A DNA stretch of 64,000 nt from Waterburya sp. Lineage in GTDB: Bacteria; Cyanobacteriota; Cyanobacteriia; Cyanobacteriales; Xenococcaceae. Position numbers and translations under genes: made by a program. The stretch's first letter is position 1. Every line of letters starts with the position of its first letter. The notes below the pieces were generated by a model, which saw only the letters and a list, made by a program, of their open reading frames with translations, had not been told where the DNA came from and searched no databases. Location of the stretch: assembly GCA_965217895.1 (NCBI GenBank), contig CBDCJV010000002.1:1728001-1792000 (forward strand), written 5' to 3'. Of this stretch, positions 10,200 through 20,934 are shown one piece after another.

Positions 10200-10424
10200 A
10201 TTTATATTGTGCAAATTTATATTAGCTCAATTACTAAATTTGAACTTGAATACGGGTTACTCAAAAAGCCTAACTTAAGAAAACCGTTTGGAGGGCAAGT
10301 TGAAGACTTTTATATTGGCGCGATCGCACTACATCATAATTTTACCGTAGTCACAAGTAACATCAGGCATTTTGAGAAAATTCAAGGATTAGAGATTGTA
10401 AGTTGGAGAGTAGGCAATAGGTAA
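10200..10424 (+). pseudogene. PIN-domain (VapC) toxin fragment
   Basis: ISSITKFELEYG and DFYIGAIALHHNFTVVTSNIRHF; N-terminus and middle missing. Confidence 0.7.
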
Positions 10425-10529
10425 GTAGGTAGCCCTAGATTACTCTCCGCCTCACAAAGGTAGATTTTACATTCAATGGTTTTGACTGGCGAGGAGACGA
10501 GAAGCTTTGTTTAGTCAATTTAACGTCTA

Positions 10530-10790
10530 CTAGATTGAGTCTGGCATAATTTGTATCAATTCTCTTAAATTTAATAAAGCAGCTTCTAAAGATTCATCTC
10601 TCATTCTTTCATAACATTCAAGTAAAATTTCAGTTTTTCTCCAATCTTGCTCTGTTCTATTCTGGTTAATATTGATGTCCCAAATAATATCAGTTAACTC
10701 TCTAGCTCGTACCATTTGTTCTAGATTGTCAACAGCTTCAACAATCAACGAATATAATTGTTCTTTATCAGAATAATTTGACTTTGACAT
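10530..10790 (-). CDS. Hypothetical protein
   Basis: 86-aa ATG ORF, helical composition. Confidence 0.55.
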   Translation of the reverse strand: MSKSNYSDKEQLYSLIVEAVDNLEQMVRARELTDIIWDININQNRTEQDWRKTEILLECYERMRDESLEAALLNLRELIQIMPDSI

Positions 10791-11474
10791 AGTATTTTTT
10801 TTTCATGTTGGCGTATTTAATGTCAATTTTTTTAGCTACTTCAGGCAAATATTTATGGCAGTAATCTGTGACCTTTGGTCAAACCATTAACGAAAGGTAG
10901 GTTCACAGTTATGTTCCTCATCTTATTTGTCATCGGCAAAACTATTTGTGAAGTTGTAGTTAACGTTTTGTTTATTTTTTACAGCCTCCCCAATTGAAAT
11001 ATTGAGCAAGTCTGTCAACGAATTCATATATAAATATCTTCTCCTCTGTGGAGAAAATAAATTATTAATTCCTAAATCTCTTTCAAACAGCATATTTAGC
11101 GTGTTCTGCAGTTTATAGCTAGTTGAAGCTCAACTAGCTATATTGTCTCCTTCATAAACCCTTTATATAAACTTCATAAGAACTTTATAACCGCAAATGG
11201 GCAAAATGCCTAGTGAAAATACTTAAATTGCCGATTTTAAAATTAAGGTATTGAGGCAAAATGTCTGTATAACTACTTAAAGAGAGTATTTGACATTTTC
11301 AACTAAGCAAAAATTAATTCTTATCCTGCAGAACGAGGCTCTAGGCTCAAGTTTATGAACAAATTTGCGATCGCTAGTATTAGTGAGGCGGTATATGGGC
11401 ATTATTGGTGCTGCGATCGCTTCTACAGGCAGTAGTCATCTAAAGATTGTCACGCAAAAAAGCACAAATTCTAA

Positions 11475-11891
11475 ATGGATTCAGTATTTACCAAAATTAT
11501 CAAGGGTGAGTCCCCACCAGCTTTTCCGATTTGGGAAGACGAGCATTTCATTGCTATTCTTGTTCCTGAACCGATTAATCCTGGTCATACATTGCTTATA
11601 CCCAAAGAACAGATAGATTACATTTTTGATTTGCCAGAAGAACTTTATAATTCTATGTGGCAAATGGTCAAGTGGTTATCTTTGTATATTCAGCAGGCGA
11701 TGAAGTCTAAACGCATTGGTATTGCTGTAGAGGGTTTTGGTGTTCCTCATGTTCATATTCATCTTGTACCTGTAAATTCGGGCAATGAACTAAATCCTGA
11801 ACGAGCTAGTTTAGTTACTTCAGATGAATTAACAATAGTTCAAAACAAGATTCGTAAGCTAATTGATAATTGTGGCGTTGCTGAATTGTAA
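11475..11891 (+). CDS. HIT family nucleotide-binding protein
   Basis: GHTLLIPK and VPHVHIHLVP histidine triad. Confidence 0.95.
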   Translation: MDSVFTKIIKGESPPAFPIWEDEHFIAILVPEPINPGHTLLIPKEQIDYIFDLPEELYNSMWQMVKWLSLYIQQAMKSKRIGIAVEGFGVPHVHIHLVPVNSGNELNPERASLVTSDELTIVQNKIRKLIDNCGVAEL

Positions 11892-11920
11892 TGCTATTGA
11901 GCGATTTTTTATCTCTTTCA

Positions 11921-11952
11921 CAAGAAGCTTGAAGATTGCAAGCTTCTTTTTT
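11921..11952. terminator. Probable intrinsic terminator between convergent genes
   Basis: AAGAAGCTTG-aagattg-CAAGCTTCTT followed by a T-run. Confidence 0.6.
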
Positions 11953-11954
11953 AA

Positions 11955-13781
11955 TCAGAGAAAATTATAGTCTAGAGAAAAATAAATCCCATCTTCCTGT
12001 AGAGAATTGCCTTTAGTCTTGACATTGACTAAAGGAATACCCCAGTCTAAACGGGCATTAAAATTAGTGCCAGTAGAAAAGTTCAAGCCAACTCCTATAG
12101 AAGGTAAAGCCGAATTGCTAACCTCAAGATCGTCGCTGTTCCAAACCGTGCCAAAGTCAAAGAAAGGGGCAATTTGAACTATACCATCAATCTTTTTAAA
12201 ATGTAATATAGGTATTCTTAACTCTGCCGAGGTAAATATACCATTGTCTCCTAAAATCAAGTCTTGGCGATAGCCTCTGGCACTATTGACACCACCTACC
12301 CTAAACTGTTCAAAAGGTACTAAAGCACCTCCTGATAACTGAATATCTCCTCGCAGCAGAAAGAGAAAATTTTCACCAAGTTTTCTTACCCATTGGCTTT
12401 GTCCACGCCAAGCAAAAAAGGTACTGTCGGGTTCGCCATCATCATTAATTGTGGCATTAAGAGCATCTACGCCAAAGCTAAATTGCGATCGCAACGCTAA
12501 AACTTTTTGGTCATTGCGATTAACATATTCTTGAAATAATCTAATTGCACTAATTTTTGTTTCCCCATCTTTATCGGCACCACGAGATAGCTGGAAATCT
12601 TTATTCTGTAATGAAATCTCACTTTCAGTACGAGAAAGACTCAAGCCAACGGCAAATTCTTGGTTAGGTTTAAGTATTAAAGGCTGGCGCAAATTTAACT
12701 CGTAATAACGGGATTTTGACTGAATATCTAAGACATTGAAAGGTTCTTCAATAACGTCATTAGAGTTGATCCCAAATTCTGCCTTAATCGTACCGTTTTT
12801 GGAATTTATAGGTAGGGCATAAGCCAGATCAAAACTATTGCTACCGCTAGTATTGGTGTAATTAAAGTCGAAGCGATCGCCAAATCCTAACAAATTACCG
12901 TGGTTCAAACCTACCGAACGTTGGTTTGAGCCGACGCTAGGAGATCTATTATTATTAAAACTAGTGGAAATATTAAATACGTCTGCTTCAGTAATCTTAA
13001 TATCTAGCAAGCTTGTTCCTGGACGAATTCCTGCCGATAGTTCGGCTGAAACATTTTTGATTAAAGGATCGAGACGGAGTAGCTGTAAAGCAGACAAAAG
13101 AGACTCCACATTAACTGGCGTACCAGCAGCAGCTTCAATTCGAGAAGAAATATATTTGTCCGACAGATGTTTTGTACCAGAAACGTTAATTCCTTCCAAT
13201 TTTCCTTCTAAAACGGCAATTTTCACCGTGCCATTATTTAGTTCTTGAGGCGGAATATAAGCACCTGAATTGACGTACCCTTTGTCAGTATAAAGCTTTG
13301 TAATTGTACTGCGGGCTTGAAATAGCTCTGGCAGAGTTAAAGGGCGATCGCAATAAGATTTAATCGCTTTATTTAGCTCTTGTTGACTAAATACACTACT
13401 GCCAACTACCTGAAATTTCTTGACGACAATTTGTTTTGGAACATTAGATTTTTTAGCAGTAAATGATTCTTGATTGTTAAGCTTAGGTGATGTCTGGGCT
13501 TGAGATAGCAAAGAGGATAAATCACCAGCAGTTTTTTGAGGATCGCTTTCTAATGCCTTGGTTGTCTGCTCTTGCTTTAGTAAGGAAACTGTCAGAAGTT
13601 CTGAACTATCTTTTGTGACTCTTGGAGTTGAAGTGAGTTCAACTGCATTTGCCGATCGCAATCCTGTCAAGGTTGCTATCGAAGTTATGAGAAAAACTGA
13701 TAAACAAGAAGTAAATAGACCTGTATTCCTGGGATTAACTAGACTTAATCTTAAATGCCTCAAGGTATCTGGAGTAAACAT
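11955..13781 (-). CDS. ShlB/FhaC/HecB family (TpsB) outer-membrane transporter
   Basis: POTRA motif ITKLYTDKGY, barrel motif ARGY, LDWGIPL, C-terminal aromatic YNFL. Confidence 0.92.
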   Translation of the reverse strand: MFTPDTLRHLRLSLVNPRNTGLFTSCLSVFLITSIATLTGLRSANAVELTSTPRVTKDSSELLTVSLLKQEQTTKALESDPQKTAGDLSSLLSQAQTSPKLNNQESFTAKKSNVPKQIVVKKFQVVGSSVFSQQELNKAIKSYCDRPLTLPELFQARSTITKLYTDKGYVNSGAYIPPQELNNGTVKIAVLEGKLEGINVSGTKHLSDKYISSRIEAAAGTPVNVESLLSALQLLRLDPLIKNVSAELSAGIRPGTSLLDIKITEADVFNISTSFNNNRSPSVGSNQRSVGLNHGNLLGFGDRFDFNYTNTSGSNSFDLAYALPINSKNGTIKAEFGINSNDVIEEPFNVLDIQSKSRYYELNLRQPLILKPNQEFAVGLSLSRTESEISLQNKDFQLSRGADKDGETKISAIRLFQEYVNRNDQKVLALRSQFSFGVDALNATINDDGEPDSTFFAWRGQSQWVRKLGENFLFLLRGDIQLSGGALVPFEQFRVGGVNSARGYRQDLILGDNGIFTSAELRIPILHFKKIDGIVQIAPFFDFGTVWNSDDLEVSNSALPSIGVGLNFSTGTNFNARLDWGIPLVNVKTKGNSLQEDGIYFSLDYNFL

Positions 13782-13907
13782 ATTTATAGGTATGTTTTAG
13801 GAGAGCCGTTGCCCTAACATTCCCCAAAATACGTAGCAAATAACTTCAAAGAGCAAAAAAATTGTAAAATACACGGAGGAGCGAGTAAAGGTTATGGTTG
13901 CAAATAC

Positions 13908-15015
13908 TTACTGTTTAATCTGATAGCGCATTCCTGGTAGCTGAGAAATGAGATCCATTATTTCTAATTGAGACAAAATTGCCAAAATTTTACTGGTATT
14001 TAATTCTGTTTGTTCAGCGATCGCATCTAACGATATTGATTCATGAGTGAGCAAACTATAAATTTTTTCTAGTTCTGGTTCTAAATTGGGTATTGATTTA
14101 GGGATAGACGAGATACGATCTAAACAGGGCATTGTCCCCAGCATTTCTAGTAGGTGTTCGATGCTCAAAATGACGTGCGCCCCAGAATTAAGCAAACCTA
14201 AGCAGCCTAAAGATTGGCTATTATCTAAAGAGCCAGGTAATACATATACATCACGACCAAAATCATTGGCAAAGCGAGCCGTAATTAATGCTCCTGAACG
14301 TTCAGGAGCTTCGATGATGATTTACAGCCCGACATAAACCAGCAATGATGCGATTGCGTGCAGGAAAATGGTTGCGATCTGGCTTAGTTTGGGCTGGGTA
14401 TTCACTAACGATTAAGCCTTGAGTTTTTAAACGTTGATACAAAGAGCGATTACTGTAAGGATAAATTGTATCAACTCCTGTACCTAAGACAGCGATAGTT
14501 CTGCCGTTAGCTTCTAAGCAACTATGATGAGCTACTGCGTCAATCCCTGCTGCCATACCTGAAACAATACCAACACCATGATTTACCAAAGCTTGAGTAA
14601 TTTTATTAGTCCAGCGTTTACCGTATTCAGTCGGATTACGAGTGCCGACAATAGCGATCATTGGCTTAATGCCTTGATTTTCGGTAGAATCAACTACACC
14701 TAAGTAATATAGTAATGGTGGCGGACTAGGGGTTTCTAAAAGCAGTCTGGGATATGCTGCTTCTGCTGGAATCCAAAACTGAGGATTTTGCTTCTTATGT
14801 TCAGATATAAGTTCTACTGAATCAAATTTTGCTCGTCCCTGGTTTAAAGCATTAAAAAACTGACCACTCAAGCCGTCAATCTCGCCAAAAGCGATCGCTG
14901 GGGCGTGCCAAGCTTCTTTGAGAGAACCAAAATGCTGATAAACCTTTTTTAAAGAAACCGCCCCAATCCCCTTAATTTGTGACCACGCCAACCAGTAAGC
15001 TTGTTCTTGTTCCAT
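13908..15015 (-). pseudogene. dprA: DNA-processing protein DprA, frameshifted
   Basis: AIVGTR, VSGMAAGID, FPARNRIIAGL, then one extra A near 14322; the other frame continues IIEAPERSGALITA to the C-terminal winged helix. Confidence 0.9.
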
Positions 15016-15252
15016 AAAGTTTTAAAGTTTACTGATGCGATCGCTTTAGCAATTATTAACCAACGGTCACAAATTATTATTAATCGCCTTTTTTTGATTG
15101 TCAATTTATCAGTCAGGTTTTTGACAGCATCCTGACTGACAAAACTAGGCATTGTTGAATAATGAATAAGGATAAAAGCAAGTAATCTTTAGAGCTAAAA
15201 GCTAAAGGCTAAAAGCGAATAGCTTTTTTTGGTAATGATCGATTCAATTGAG

Positions 15253-15783
15253 CTAAAAGTCGCTTTTCTCTATATAACCACGAACGTCATTAAGGTCTAT
15301 ATAGCGGTCTGTAGCATTGCGTAGTTCTCTAGCGATCATGCCTTCCGTTGAGACTACGGTAATGTGAGTATTTTTTGAGCGCAAAAGTTCGATCGCCCGT
15401 TCAAAATCTCCGTCACCACTAAACAAAATGACGCGATCGTATTGCTCTACGGTGTTAAACATATCCACCACAATCTCAATATCCAGATTGGCTTTTTGAG
15501 AATAACGACCAGAAGCATCATCATAATATTCCTTGAGAATTTTAGTTCTGACCGTATAGCCCAAACTAATTAAGGCATCTCTAAAGCCACGTTGATCCTG
15601 GGCATCTTTTAGCCCCGTGTACCAAAAGGCGTTAATTAAAACCACAGTCGGATCTTTAGTGAAGTATTCTAATACTCTTCTAGGATCGAAAAACCAGCCA
15701 TTTTTCTGTTGAGCATAGAACATATTGTTGCCGTCTACAAATATGGATAGACGGTCTCTCAAGTACTTATTATGAGATTCCAT
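15253..15783 (-). CDS. labA: NYN/DUF88 domain protein, LabA-like
   Basis: IFVDGNN, KANLDIEIVVD, LFSGDGDF. Confidence 0.65.
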   Translation of the reverse strand: MESHNKYLRDRLSIFVDGNNMFYAQQKNGWFFDPRRVLEYFTKDPTVVLINAFWYTGLKDAQDQRGFRDALISLGYTVRTKILKEYYDDASGRYSQKANLDIEIVVDMFNTVEQYDRVILFSGDGDFERAIELLRSKNTHITVVSTEGMIARELRNATDRYIDLNDVRGYIEKSDF

Positions 15784-16225
15784 ATAATTTACCTATAAAA
15801 ACTTAAATATATTTAATGGCTAAAATTGGCAGCGCAACCAACAGCCATAACATTAAATTACGCCATAACAATTAAATGAATAAACCAGTAGCAATAACTA
15901 CGACCAAATATTATTAAATAGAAATTGGGCAATAAGCATCAATTTCTACAGGGTAATACCCGAATAAAATTTAATTTAGGTATATTTCACACACATACCA
16001 GTTTAAAACAAAAAAAACCTGGATAACAACTTAATTTGCTCGCGCAAGATTTTTTTACATACGCCGATTGTAATCTAGCTAACAAAGAGTAAATTTCTTG
16101 GCAAGCAATTGAGATAAATTTATTAAATCTGATAAGAAAAAGTAGTGTTAACGTTCTACTCAATAGCGATCGCCTAATTATCAATAAATTAAAAAAAGAT
16201 GTATTTTTCAGAATGATAGTGATAG

Positions 16226-17623
16226 TTATATAGTGCAGGCGATCGCTTCTGTATCTTCTTCAAAACAAACATAATCTAGACAGTGAGGATTCTCTCTTAA
16301 TAATTTTGCTAATAGCCATCCTGCAACAGTCCAAGTTTGAAATTTGCGGGAAGATTTACCAATTAAACGACCATTTTTGCCATCATAATATTCGGGCCAT
16401 TCATCATTCATCAGGCGAATTTCTGCGATCGCCATGGCTCGCTCTGCGAGATCTTCCCGACCCATTTTTTGACAGGCAGCCATCATCATCCACAACAATA
16501 CAGGCCAGCTACCGCCATTGTGATAAGACCAAGGAGTATTTTTGGGATCGCAGCCAGTAACGATTTTCCAAGTTAGCCCTTCCATGGCAGGATAACAGAG
16601 TTTCAAGGGCATTTTACTCACTAAATCAGACCAGCGATGCTCAATTAAAGTTAATATTTCTTGGGATTGATGTTCGGTGGTCAGCGATCCCATAATTGCT
16701 GCCAAGTTGCCCAGAGCAAAAAAGCGAAAATCCATTTTTCCTGGTCCCAAATTTCCTGCTAAGTAGCCTCCTCGGTCGGGCATCCATTCTGTCAACCAGT
16801 AAGGAATTGATTCAGGGTAGATATTAAATTTATTAACTACCGACTCACCAAACTGCTCGGCGCGATAACGGTGGATTTGATTTAGTTTTTTAAGATCGAG
16901 CCAATAATAATCTCGCAGATGAAAATTCAAGCTGCCTAGACGATTATTAATACTGTCAGCTAAAGCCCGACCTGCTGCGTTTTTAACCAGCATTTCACGG
17001 GCAGCCCGCAAAGCCATATAAAATAGAGACTGTATTTCTAAAGGATGTCCACTTAGTCCCATCGGGCGATCAATCATACACGCACCATCAGGGACAAGCA
17101 GAGTAGGTGTCATTTCAAATTGAGGGCCCAGGCAAATTTCTAGAATAAAGGTCAAAGCTTCCTGAAAACTGCTGCTGTGTGCTAAAGCTTCGTCTTTTGT
17201 TGCTTTGACATAAGCCCGCAATAAAATAATCCACCACAAACAAGAATCGATAGGCGTAACTCGACCAATTGCCTTATCGCCAAAGTCGGCATGAAGGTAT
17301 TGACTATTTCTCTGAGATTCGACTTTAAAGCTAGCTGGCATCAAGCCTGTGGGTGGCTGATAACAGTCAACTCGCCTCTTTTGCTTTTGCAAACCGACAG
17401 TTTCAATCAGAAAGTTATAAACAATCTCTGTTTTGCCCTGAATTAGAAATACCAAGGCTGCGGGGATAAAATCGCGAATAAAACACTGGTCGTAATTTAG
17501 TGCTTCTCTTTCAGAGTCTGTAGCTGCTACTACTCCCACAGGCTGCTGATTATAATAAATAATCGATTCTTCTAAAAGCCGATTTGCCTGCTGTTCGATG
17601 CTTTCCTTTGCTATCAATACCAT
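16226..17623 (-). CDS. Alkaline/neutral invertase (GH100)
   Basis: NYDQCFIRDF, DSCLWWIILLRAY, DGACMIDR, SYHNGGSWP. Confidence 0.95.
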   Translation of the reverse strand: MVLIAKESIEQQANRLLEESIIYYNQQPVGVVAATDSEREALNYDQCFIRDFIPAALVFLIQGKTEIVYNFLIETVGLQKQKRRVDCYQPPTGLMPASFKVESQRNSQYLHADFGDKAIGRVTPIDSCLWWIILLRAYVKATKDEALAHSSSFQEALTFILEICLGPQFEMTPTLLVPDGACMIDRPMGLSGHPLEIQSLFYMALRAAREMLVKNAAGRALADSINNRLGSLNFHLRDYYWLDLKKLNQIHRYRAEQFGESVVNKFNIYPESIPYWLTEWMPDRGGYLAGNLGPGKMDFRFFALGNLAAIMGSLTTEHQSQEILTLIEHRWSDLVSKMPLKLCYPAMEGLTWKIVTGCDPKNTPWSYHNGGSWPVLLWMMMAACQKMGREDLAERAMAIAEIRLMNDEWPEYYDGKNGRLIGKSSRKFQTWTVAGWLLAKLLRENPHCLDYVCFEEDTEAIACTI

Positions 17624-17871
17624 GAAAAATTAACTTTTAAAACAAAAATAAAAATTAAGGTGAATATTTAATCTAGATATATGAATAAGACTAATTTACT
17701 ATGTAATCGTATCTTGATATTTGTTTCTTTTGAGTTCAAACCTTACTAAACTCTTAAGTAAGTCTAGTTTTGCCAGTAAAACTGTTACAAAAAACAATCT
17801 TTAAAACTAAAATAAAGATTATAATGAGCAGTTTGGAATTTATCGCCCAGTCTTTAGGAGTTTGTTACACA

Positions 17872-20800
17872 GTGGTAGCTCAAGCAGAAAAAATTACCTT
17901 AGATACCCGCTACGAATCTAAAACCCAGTCTATTGCCCAAGAATTGATCAAAAGTACTAGACAAAAAAACAACATCTTTAATCGGATGCGGGATCAGATG
18001 CGTTGGGACGATAAAGTTTTGGACTGGACGATGGCTAACCCAGGGCTGCGGGTACAGATGTTTCGCTTTATTGATACTATTCCTGCCCTCCAGAGTAAAA
18101 CTGAAATTGCCAATCACTTTCAGCAATATATGAGTACGGAGGAAGTCGAGTTACCAAATGCTCTTAAAGGTATTCTAAACTTTAGTGATGCTGATTCTTT
18201 TCCGGCCCAAACCGCAGCAGCTACTATTACTAAAGCAGTAGAAACTCTGGCATATAAATATATTGCAGGGGAAAACATAGCCGAGGTCATCAAAACCATA
18301 GAACGACTGCGTAAAGAGGGCATGACCTATACTATCGACCTTTTAGGTGAAGCAGTAATTACCGAAGTTGAGGCAGAAGATTATTTACAACGCTACATTG
18401 ATTTAATCGAGCAGCTTGCTCAAAAAGCTCAAGCTTGGAAAAGGAAAGAGGGTATCGACCTAGCTGATGGGATCGAATTACCTCAGGTACAGGTATCGGT
18501 AAAGCTTACGGCTTTTTATTCTCAGTTTGACCCTTTGAATCCTGTAGGTAGTAAACAACAAGTGTGCGATCGCCTGAGAATTTTACTACGCAAGGCGGCA
18601 GAATTAGGCGCAGCAATCCATTTTGATATGGAACAATATCGTTACAAGGATCTAACGCTACAGATCCTTAAAGAGTTACTCATAGAAGAGGAATTTCGTA
18701 GTCGTACAGATTTGGGTATTACTCTCCAGGCTTACCTAAGAGATTCATATCAGGACTTGCAAGGAATTATTGAATGGGTAAAAGAAAGAGGTAATCCTTT
18801 GACGGTGCGGTTAGTCAAGGGGGCATATTGGGATCAAGAAACGATCAAATCTGAGCAAAATCATTGGCAGCAGCCCGTATACAACGATAAAGCAGCAACA
18901 GATTTAAACTACGAGCGTATGACGCAACTGCTGCTGGAAAATCATGAATACTTATATGCTGCTATCGGTAGTCATAATGTGCGCTCTCAGGCTTTAGCTT
19001 GCGCGATCGCTGAAACTTTAGATATTCCCCCCCGTCGCTTTGAAATGCAGGTTTTGTACGGCATGGGAGATAAATTGGCGCAGGCTTTAGTCAAGCGGGG
19101 TCATCGGGTACGGGTATATTCTCCCTACGGCAAGTTACTACCAGGAATGGCTTATCTGATTCGTAGACTATTGGAAAATACGGCAAATAGCTCTTTTATA
19201 AAGCAAAACCAAGAAGAAAAGCCCATTTCCGAATTAATTGCTCCTCCCATTGCTAATAATGAAGACGGTAGAGGCGTTTCGCGAAACGCCCCTACGGATA
19301 ATACCCAATTTGTTTATGCCCCCGATACAGATTACGCTGATACAGAAAGACGCACAAAAGCAGAACAAGCATTAGCTAAAGTCAAGCAAGAATTGGGCAA
19401 AACTTATTTACCTCTGATTAACGGTGAATATGTTGAAACTGACAGCTATCTCGACTCCCTTAATCCTTCTAAAGAAACTGAGTTAGTGGGTAAAGTCGGG
19501 CAAATATCTGTCGAACAAGCAGAGCAAGCAATGAACGCTGCTAAAGAGGCTTTTGGCTCTTGGAAAGCAACCTCAGCAACAGATAGAGCAAATATCCTGC
19601 GTAAAGCTGCCGATCTTATGGAACAGCGACGACATGAATTAAATGCCTGGATTTGTTTAGAAGTAGGTAAAATTATTCCCCAGGCTGATGGAGAGGTTTC
19701 CGAGGCGATCGATTTTTGTCGCTATTACGCCTCGGAAATGGAAAAACTTGCAGCAGGCAAAAATTATGATATCGCTGGAGAAAATAACCGTTACTTCTAT
19801 CAGCCAAAGGGAATTGCGGTAGTAATTTCTCCCTGGAATTTTCCGTTTGCGATCGCCACGGGCATGACCGTTGCTGCCCTGGTTACAGGTAACTGTACTC
19901 TCTTAAAACCTGCTGCCACATCTTCGATAATTGCTGCCAAAATCACCGAGATTCTAGTTGAGGCTGGTATTCCCAAGGGAGTATTGAGCTATGTTCCTGG
20001 TAAGGGTTCCCAAGTTGGCTCATATTTAGTAGAACACAAAGATACCCACGTAATTGCCTTTACTGGTTCAAGAGAAGTAGGCTGTAAAATATATGCGGAC
20101 GCAGCCAAGCTACAGCCTGGACAAAAACATCTTAAGCGCGTCATTGCCGAGATGGGAGGCAAAAACGCTATCATCGTCGATGAAAGTGCTGATTTAGATC
20201 AGGCAGTAGTTGGAGTAGTGCAGTCAGCTTTTGGCTATAGCGGACAAAAATGTTCAGCCTGTTCGCGGGTAATCGTTGCTGCCCCTGTTTATGATGCTTT
20301 CTTAGAAAGATTAGTTGAAGCTACTAAGTCTTTGAATATCGGTGCTACGGATGACCCCAGTATCCAAATGGGTCCTGTAATCGATCCTCAGGCACGCGAT
20401 CGCATTTTAGAATATATTGCCCAGGGAAAAAAGCAGAGTGAACTGGCTTTAGAAATGTCTATTCCCGATGGAGGCTACTATGTCTCCCCGACAATCTTTA
20501 GCAATGTGGCAGCGGATCATACTATTGCCCAAGAGGAAATCTTTGGTCCTGTTTTGGCAGTAATGAAGTCTAATAGCTTTGACGAGGCAATATCTATTGC
20601 TAACGGTACAGATTATGCTCTTACAGGCGGTTTATACTCCCGTACTCCCAGTCATATTGAGCAGGCATCTAGGGAGTTTGAAGTAGGAAACCTTTATATC
20701 AACCGCAACATTACTGGCGCGATCGTTGCTCGTCAACCCTTTGGAGGTTTTAAGCTTTCTGGAGTTGGCTCAAAAGCAGGAGGATCGGATTATCTGCTCC

Positions 20801-20874
20801 AGTTTCTAGATCCGCGAGTGGTGACAGAAAACATTCAGCGTCAGGGCTTTGCTCCTATTGAAGGAGCTGAATAA
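17872..20874 (+). CDS. putA: Bifunctional proline dehydrogenase / P5C dehydrogenase
   Basis: RLVKGAYWD, YLIRRLLEN, EMGGKN, GQKCSAC, EEIFGP; GTG start at 17872 preferred because of AGGAG RBS. Confidence 0.95.
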   Translation: MVAQAEKITLDTRYESKTQSIAQELIKSTRQKNNIFNRMRDQMRWDDKVLDWTMANPGLRVQMFRFIDTIPALQSKTEIANHFQQYMSTEEVELPNALKGILNFSDADSFPAQTAAATITKAVETLAYKYIAGENIAEVIKTIERLRKEGMTYTIDLLGEAVITEVEAEDYLQRYIDLIEQLAQKAQAWKRKEGIDLADGIELPQVQVSVKLTAFYSQFDPLNPVGSKQQVCDRLRILLRKAAELGAAIHFDMEQYRYKDLTLQILKELLIEEEFRSRTDLGITLQAYLRDSYQDLQGIIEWVKERGNPLTVRLVKGAYWDQETIKSEQNHWQQPVYNDKAATDLNYERMTQLLLENHEYLYAAIGSHNVRSQALACAIAETLDIPPRRFEMQVLYGMGDKLAQALVKRGHRVRVYSPYGKLLPGMAYLIRRLLENTANSSFIKQNQEEKPISELIAPPIANNEDGRGVSRNAPTDNTQFVYAPDTDYADTERRTKAEQALAKVKQELGKTYLPLINGEYVETDSYLDSLNPSKETELVGKVGQISVEQAEQAMNAAKEAFGSWKATSATDRANILRKAADLMEQRRHELNAWICLEVGKIIPQADGEVSEAIDFCRYYASEMEKLAAGKNYDIAGENNRYFYQPKGIAVVISPWNFPFAIATGMTVAALVTGNCTLLKPAATSSIIAAKITEILVEAGIPKGVLSYVPGKGSQVGSYLVEHKDTHVIAFTGSREVGCKIYADAAKLQPGQKHLKRVIAEMGGKNAIIVDESADLDQAVVGVVQSAFGYSGQKCSACSRVIVAAPVYDAFLERLVEATKSLNIGATDDPSIQMGPVIDPQARDRILEYIAQGKKQSELALEMSIPDGGYYVSPTIFSNVAADHTIAQEEIFGPVLAVMKSNSFDEAISIANGTDYALTGGLYSRTPSHIEQASREFEVGNLYINRNITGAIVARQPFGGFKLSGVGSKAGGSDYLLQFLDPRVVTENIQRQGFAPIEGAE
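19268..19295. repeat. GTAG-type REP-like palindrome inside putA
   Basis: GTAGAGGCGTTTCGCGAAACGCCCCTAC, in the interdomain linker. Confidence 0.75.
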
Positions 20875-20934
20875 TTATTGAAAGAATTGCTTTATCTGCT
20901 TCTGCTTAAACCTAACTCGCACTAGTTTTACCCC

